Positions 42,461 through 47,596 of a DNA stretch of 47,596 nucleotides are shown here, piece by piece (the first letter of the stretch is position 1; each line of letters begins with the position of its first letter). The notes under the pieces were generated by a model, which was given only the letters and a program-made list of their open reading frames with translations, did not search any database and was not told the origin of the DNA. The translations under genes and the position numbers were made by a program. This stretch comes from an uncultured Bacilli bacterium (GTDB lineage: Bacteria > Bacillota_I > Bacilli_A > RF39 > UBA660): the NCBI GenBank assembly GCA_947595045.1, contig CANQEN010000002.1, positions 1 through 47,596 of the forward strand, written 5' to 3'.

Positions 42461-44626
42461 GTGATAGCACAAGTCTTAGTTGAGCTTAAAACTAAAGGCA
42501 TTGATCAAACGTTCTCTTATCATTTTAATGATACTTTAATAGATAAAGATTTAGTAGGTAGGAGAGTCTTAGTACCATTTGGCAATCGTAAGTTAGAGGG
42601 GTTTGTTTTAAAAGTAGATAATGATTATGATACTGGTTATAATTTAAAAGAGATTATATCAGTTATTGATATTAAACCCGTCTTAAATAAGGAATTGTTA
42701 GATTTAGGTATATATATTAGTAAAAAGACTTTAACACCTTTAATTTATTGCTATCAAGCTATGTTACCTAGTGCCCTTAAAGCTAAACAAGGTTTTTATG
42801 TAAATAAAAAGTATATTACTTATTTAAAATTAGTTGATAATAATTATATACCTAGAAGTGAAGCTCAAAAAAAAGTTATATCACTATTAAAAAATCATGA
42901 TTATACTAAAAGTGAATTACAAAAGATATCCATATCAGCTATTAAAACACTATTAGATAAACAAGTAATTGTAGAATATGAAGAAGAATTATATCGTATA
43001 AGTAATAATAGTGAAATAGTTAAAGCAAATATAAAATTAACTGAGGAACAACAAATAGTTATTGAAAAAGTTAGTAATTCATCTGGCTTTAAACCATATT
43101 TATTATTTGGGGTAACTGGTAGTGGTAAGACGGAAGTATATATGCAATTAATTGATGATGTTTTAAATAAGGGTAAAGAAGCTATTGTTTTAGTGCCTGA
43201 GATTAGTTTAACTCCCCAGGTTGTTGACATATTTAGAAAGAGATTTGGTAATAAAATAGCTATTTTACATTCACGGCTTAGTGATGGGGAAAAGTATGAT
43301 GAATGGCGTAAAATTGAAAGAGAAGAGGTATCAATTGCGATAGGGGCTCGTAGTGCAATATTTGCTCCCTTTACTAATTTAGGTATTATCGTAGTAGATG
43401 AAGAACATACTATGACTTATAAACAAGAAAATAATCCTAAGTATCATGCGATTGATATTGCATTAGTGCGTGCTAAATATCATAATTGTCCATTAGTATT
43501 AGGAAGTGCAACACCATCTATTGAAAGCTATACAAGAGCTAAGTTAAGCATTTATGAGTTACTTACTTTAACCCATAGAGTAAATGATAATTTACCTAAA
43601 GTAGAGTTAGTTGATATGAAAGAGGAACTTAGAAAAGGTAATAATATTTTATCTAGTAAGTTAAAACATTATTTAAGTGAGTGTTTAGAAAAAAAAGAAC
43701 AAGCTATTATTTTATTAAATAGAAGAGGATATAGTACAACTGTTGTATGTCATGATTGTGGTTATAAAGTAATATGTCCTAATTGTGAAATAGCCCTTAC
43801 ATACCATAAAAAGACTAATACCATGAAATGCCATTACTGTAATTATATAACTTATAAACCTCATACTTGTCCTGAATGTCATAGTAAGCATATTGATGAA
43901 TTTGGACTAGGAACCGAAAAGTTAGTGGAAGAGATAAAAAAACAATTTCCAGATAGTAGAGTAGTTAGAATGGATATTGATACTACTACTCGAAAAGGTA
44001 GTCATGAACGGATTATTACGGCATTTCAAAATCATGAATATGATATTTTAGTAGGAACACAAATGATTTCTAAAGGATTAGATTTTGATAATGTAACTTT
44101 AGTAGGTGTTATTCAATCTGATGCTAGTTTAAATATTCCTGATTTTAGAAGTGCTGAGAGAACCTTTAATTTATTAAGTCAAGTAGCAGGTAGAGCCGGC
44201 AGAGCAAGTAAAGAGGGATTAGTTATCTTTCAAGGTTTTAATTTAGATCACTATAGTATTAAATGTGCTAGTAAGCATGATTATGAAGTATTCTATAATT
44301 ATGAGATGAATATTAGAAAAAAACTAGATTATCCTCCTTACTGTAATTTAACAAGTATTAAAATAGTAGGTAGTAATTTAGATGAATGTATGAATGAAGG
44401 TGAAAAAATAACTAATTTTGTTCATAATAATATTAAAAATAATATTACTATTTTAGGACCTAGTATGGCAGTATTACCTAAAATTAATAATAAATATTAT
44501 GTACAAATAGTATTAAAATATAAGAAAGAACAAGAACTTTATCACATATTAATAAATATTGTTAATAAATATAGAAATAATAAAAAGGTATATGTTGACC
44601 TAGATATGGCACCATTAAAATTATAA
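42461..44626 (+). CDS. priA: Primosomal replication-restart helicase PriA
   Basis: GTG at 42461 after AGGA. VIAQVLVE...FSYHF (3'-DNA-binding domain), Walker A GVTGSGKTEV, DEEH, Zn-binding CxxC clusters (CHDCGYKVICPNCEIALTYH...CHYCNY...CPEC), GTQMISKGLDF. Confidence 0.9.
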   Translation: MIAQVLVELKTKGIDQTFSYHFNDTLIDKDLVGRRVLVPFGNRKLEGFVLKVDNDYDTGYNLKEIISVIDIKPVLNKELLDLGIYISKKTLTPLIYCYQAMLPSALKAKQGFYVNKKYITYLKLVDNNYIPRSEAQKKVISLLKNHDYTKSELQKISISAIKTLLDKQVIVEYEEELYRISNNSEIVKANIKLTEEQQIVIEKVSNSSGFKPYLLFGVTGSGKTEVYMQLIDDVLNKGKEAIVLVPEISLTPQVVDIFRKRFGNKIAILHSRLSDGEKYDEWRKIEREEVSIAIGARSAIFAPFTNLGIIVVDEEHTMTYKQENNPKYHAIDIALVRAKYHNCPLVLGSATPSIESYTRAKLSIYELLTLTHRVNDNLPKVELVDMKEELRKGNNILSSKLKHYLSECLEKKEQAIILLNRRGYSTTVVCHDCGYKVICPNCEIALTYHKKTNTMKCHYCNYITYKPHTCPECHSKHIDEFGLGTEKLVEEIKKQFPDSRVVRMDIDTTTRKGSHERIITAFQNHEYDILVGTQMISKGLDFDNVTLVGVIQSDASLNIPDFRSAERTFNLLSQVAGRAGRASKEGLVIFQGFNLDHYSIKCASKHDYEVFYNYEMNIRKKLDYPPYCNLTSIKIVGSNLDECMNEGEKITNFVHNNIKNNITILGPSMAVLPKINNKYYVQIVLKYKKEQELYHILINIVNKYRNNKKVYVDLDMAPLKL

Positions 44627-45089
44627 TATAAAAATAATTAAAAAATTTAAAACATATAATTGATGCTATGAAAATGCCAAATATAAAAGTTATTACTGGT
44701 ATTAAGGTCAGTAGAAAATAACAATTACTTAATATCTTTATAGATTATATCAAAGAAAATGATAATAACTATAATATTATCTATACAGATTATAATCTTG
44801 ATAAATTTAACTATTTAAACAGTGTAAAAAATTAATAAAATATGTTTCTAAAAAATAATATTGCTACACTTACTTTATATAGAAGTGTTAGTGATACATT
44901 AAATATTAATAATCATAAATAAACACGACAATTATCAATATGAGGAAATTCAAATTATAGATATATTAAGTTGGTTATTTGAAGTAAATAAGGAATTTAA
45001 GAAAACTAAAATAAAGGTAAAATAAATTTAGAAATTGTTGAATACTAACTATAATATATATTATAACAATAAAAAAGTTGGAAAAAACA

Positions 45090-45118
45090 TTGGTATTTTT
45101 AACAATTTATGTTATAAT
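45090..45118 (+). promoter_or_regulatory. Putative sigA promoter (extended -10)
   Basis: TTGGTA (45090-45095), 17-nt spacer ending in TGT, TATAAT (45113-45118). Confidence 0.5.
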
Positions 45119-45167
45119 GAACATGTTATAGATAAGGGTACTAAAAAGAATAGAGGGAGATGTTACA

Positions 45168-46328
45168 GTGAATAAAGAAATAAGCGAACAATTGGATGCA
45201 TTAGAGCAAAAGATTAATGGTGAACAAAAAACAGAAACAGTAAATAGTGAAGACGATTTCTTCTATCCAGAAGAAAATAATACTTTTTTATCAGAACCAG
45301 TAAAATATGTTGATATGGATCAAATAGAAGCTATGGATACAGTTAATACTATGACTAATAAAGAAAACAATAATGAAAATATTGATGAAACTTTACCTGA
45401 ACCATCTGATATTATTGTGCCAATAGATAATACTATTCCTGAACAAGTTGCTAAGAATGTTTCTTTTGATACAATGTTTGATAGTTTATATACTGATGTA
45501 GCTGGTGCTAATAGTTTTATTACTGATTTATTAGGTCAGAGAAAGGCTTTAGAGGATGCTAATAATAGTTTAGAAGAAGCTAAGAGACAATTTGAAAGAG
45601 AAAAAGAAGACTTTGAAAAATATGTTAAAGTACAAAAAGAAAGTTTAGAGTTAGATAAAGCTCAATGTGATGAATATATTGAACATCAAAAAGCTAGATT
45701 TGTACAAGAACAACAAGAATTTGAGAAAGAAAAAGAAGTAGAAAGAGATAGTATTAAAATAGAAAGAAACAAGTTAGAACAAGAAAAAACTAATTTTGCT
45801 AAAGATTTAGCTAAGTTAGAAAAACAAAGGACACTAAATGATACTAGAAATGAGAAAACAAAAGAAAAATTAAATAGAGAACGTGAAAGTTTTAATAAAG
45901 AAATTGAAATTGAGCGAGCACGTATTGTTAATGAACAGAATAAATTACAAGATATAAAAGAAAAAAATGAGCAAGAATTAATGACTGATCGTATGGTTTT
46001 CTCAAATGATGTAGTAGCGTTAGCTAAGGAACGTGAAGAATTTGAAAATTATAAAAAAGTAGAAGAAGAGAATATTCAATTAGAAAAAAATAAATTGATT
46101 CGTGAGACTGAAGAATTTGCTAGTTATAAGAAAATAGAGGAAGAACAATTACAAATAGCTAAAGATGAGTTAGATGATCAACGTGAAGAATTTGAGGCTT
46201 ATCGTAAATTAGAGGAAGATAGATTAGAATTAGAGAATAAAGAATTATCTAAGAGTTGTGCTAAATTTAGAGAATTAGTATCACAATTTAATAAAGGTTT
46301 TAAAAGTTTACCAGATAATAATGAATAG
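45168..46328 (+). CDS. Hypothetical protein: acidic N-terminus plus long coiled coil built of ~25-aa E-E-F-x-x-Y-K-K repeats
   Basis: 386 aa. SD GAGGGAGA precedes the GTG. Repeats EREEFENYKKVEEENIQLEKNKL / TEEFASYKKIEEEQLQIAKDEL / REEFEAYRKLEEDRLELENKEL. Confidence 0.5.
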   Translation: MNKEISEQLDALEQKINGEQKTETVNSEDDFFYPEENNTFLSEPVKYVDMDQIEAMDTVNTMTNKENNNENIDETLPEPSDIIVPIDNTIPEQVAKNVSFDTMFDSLYTDVAGANSFITDLLGQRKALEDANNSLEEAKRQFEREKEDFEKYVKVQKESLELDKAQCDEYIEHQKARFVQEQQEFEKEKEVERDSIKIERNKLEQEKTNFAKDLAKLEKQRTLNDTRNEKTKEKLNRERESFNKEIEIERARIVNEQNKLQDIKEKNEQELMTDRMVFSNDVVALAKEREEFENYKKVEEENIQLEKNKLIRETEEFASYKKIEEEQLQIAKDELDDQREEFEAYRKLEEDRLELENKELSKSCAKFRELVSQFNKGFKSLPDNNE

Positions 46329-46339
46329 AGGTTTCAAAT

Positions 46340-47485
46340 ATGAGAAAAAACAAATCTGATGAAAAGGAAAGAATAACAGGTGATGATATGTTAAATGAAT
46401 TATCTGAATTAGATTATGAAGATGATTTACAGTTGTTAGATGATGAAGATATGACTTTTAGTGATATAAATGATAGTGATTATGAGGATGATGATACTAC
46501 ATTTGGTGACTTTTATGATGAAGATTTTGTAAGTGATAATTCTAGTGATGATTTCTCTTTTGATGAAGATTTTGATATTGATCCATTTGAAGGATTAGAA
46601 ATTAGTGATTATTCTGATGAAGAGGTAGCAGATGAGGTAGAAGATGATGTAACTATACCTGATGTAATTGAAGAACCAAAGACTAAGGTTAATGATACTT
46701 CAAATATAGACTCATATCTAAATGGCATTTTAGAAGCAAAAAAAGATTTAGAACAGTCTTATCAACCATTAGAAAGTACTACTTCTATAGAAGAAAAGAC
46801 ACCAGTAGTAGAAACACCAAAAATAGAATCAAGAGAAGATGTTAAAACAAATAATCAAGATTTTCAGCCTTTTGAGTCTTATCAATCAGTCCAAGGTAAT
46901 GGAGAAATAGCTAGTTTAGAACCATCGGATATCAATTTATTATTTGATCGAGTATCTACTAATGTTAAAGAAGCATCATCAATTTTCAGTCGTAATTTAG
47001 AAATGAAGAAAAAAATAGATGAACGTTTTGAAGAACTAAAAAAATTACAATCAGAGCATGAAAAAAATAAAAAGATTGATTATGATGAAATTAATAGTTA
47101 TAAAGATGAGGTATATTTAAAATTAAAAGATAAAAAAGCAGAAGTAGAAAAGAAATTAAATGAATTAAAAGATCTTCAAGCTAAATTTGATCAAGAAAAA
47201 GCTGAATTTGAAAAATATAAGAGTGAAACTTTAATACGGTTAAAGGATGCAGAAAGAGAACAGACATTAGCATATAATGAACGTAAAGAAGAAATTACTA
47301 AATTAGAAGATAAATTAATTAAGAAGAAAGATGCTATTGATGAAGAAAAAAGACAACTAAAATTAGATCGTATTCAATATGAAACAGAGAAAAATACTTT
47401 AGCTACTAATTTAGTTAAGTTTAATGAATTAGTTGGTGATTTTACTGTAGGTATTGATCGTTTTAATAGTAGTAATAATGATTAA
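46340..47485 (+). CDS. Hypothetical protein, tandem paralog of 45168-46328
   Basis: 381 aa. Very acidic N-terminus (DYEDDDTTFGDFYDEDF), coiled coil with EKAEFEKYKSE-type repeats. The C-terminal tail KFNELVGDFTVGIDRFNSSNND parallels KFRELVSQFNKGFKSLPDNNE. Confidence 0.5.
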   Translation: MRKNKSDEKERITGDDMLNELSELDYEDDLQLLDDEDMTFSDINDSDYEDDDTTFGDFYDEDFVSDNSSDDFSFDEDFDIDPFEGLEISDYSDEEVADEVEDDVTIPDVIEEPKTKVNDTSNIDSYLNGILEAKKDLEQSYQPLESTTSIEEKTPVVETPKIESREDVKTNNQDFQPFESYQSVQGNGEIASLEPSDINLLFDRVSTNVKEASSIFSRNLEMKKKIDERFEELKKLQSEHEKNKKIDYDEINSYKDEVYLKLKDKKAEVEKKLNELKDLQAKFDQEKAEFEKYKSETLIRLKDAEREQTLAYNERKEEITKLEDKLIKKKDAIDEEKRQLKLDRIQYETEKNTLATNLVKFNELVGDFTVGIDRFNSSNND

Positions 47486-47546
47486 AAAGTATTCGAATGG
47501 AGCATACCTTTTAATAAACACTAATACAATAAAATGTAATTTAAAA

Positions 47547-47596
47547 AACAAGTATAATTTTCAAAAAAACTACTTGTTTTTTTTTTTTTTTTTTTG
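47547..47596 (+). terminator. Rho-independent terminator
   Basis: AACAAGTA (47547-47554) / TACTTGTT (47571-47578), followed by a long T-run to the window end. Confidence 0.7.

Noticed and set aside
42901-43230. 109-aa minus-strand ORF
   Set aside because: It is antisense to the priA Walker A helicase region.
1-47596. Mollicutes-type genetic code (TGA = Trp), CRISPR arrays, tRNA/rRNA genes, IS elements or prophage
   Set aside because: TGA terminates well-defined genes (mraY, the ytxH-like gene), and Trp is encoded by TGG throughout. I found no regularly spaced direct repeats, cloverleaf-capable GC-rich segments, or transposase, integrase or phage structural ORFs on either strand.

Overview
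Extremely AT-rich chromosomal segment that uses the standard code (TGA ends mraY and ytxH-like ORFs). It comes from an endospore-forming Bacillota: sigG, ylmC/ymxH, sspI-like and YjcZ-like tiny TM genes are present, and the neighbourhoods rpsU-yqeY, rsmE-mtaB and rnhC-cvpA are Bacilli/Erysipelotrichia-like. I saw no rRNA, tRNA, CRISPR array, transposase, integrase or phage genes, so this looks like core chromosome with small accessory islands. Recognisable content, in order: tuf (5'-truncated), Fem-type peptidoglycan branch transferase, divergent FolD-like gene, SLT lytic transglycosylase, pilin-like surface protein, sspI, trmB, a run of small envelope/stress proteins (lipoprotein, YoxC-like, YtxH-like), a degenerate GGDEF receptor, recX, prsA, two YjcZ-like tiny TM genes, a class II bacteriocin-type locus (C39-ABC exporter, short accessory protein, two double-glycine peptides, a third related peptide), rpsU-yqeY, rplS, lepB, a partial dcw block (class B PBP, mraY, ftsW/spoVE), pgsA, a DnaQ-like exonuclease, sigG-ylmC, rnhC, cvpA, rsmE, mtaB, an orphan prepilin, priA, and two tandem coiled-coil paralogs. 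Most unusual observations: (1) a ~72-nt leader module, about 90% identical by eye, occurs three times and each copy heads a different peptidoglycan-acting gene; two copies lie inverted around the FolD-like gene, and the third sits in a cassette flanked by direct repeats derived from the ftsW 3' end. (2) A self-contained two-gene operon (29405-30575) has a weak ADP-ribosyltransferase/Tpt1-like motif pattern plus a small overlapping partner. (3) The bacteriocin exporter encodes its C39 catalytic cysteine upstream of the first canonical start codon. (4) A strong sigA-type promoter drives a ~195-nt leader or sRNA of unknown class ahead of the exonuclease gene. (5) Several uncharacterised gene pairs and paralog sets are present. 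All functional calls come from motif recognition by eye, with no database search.
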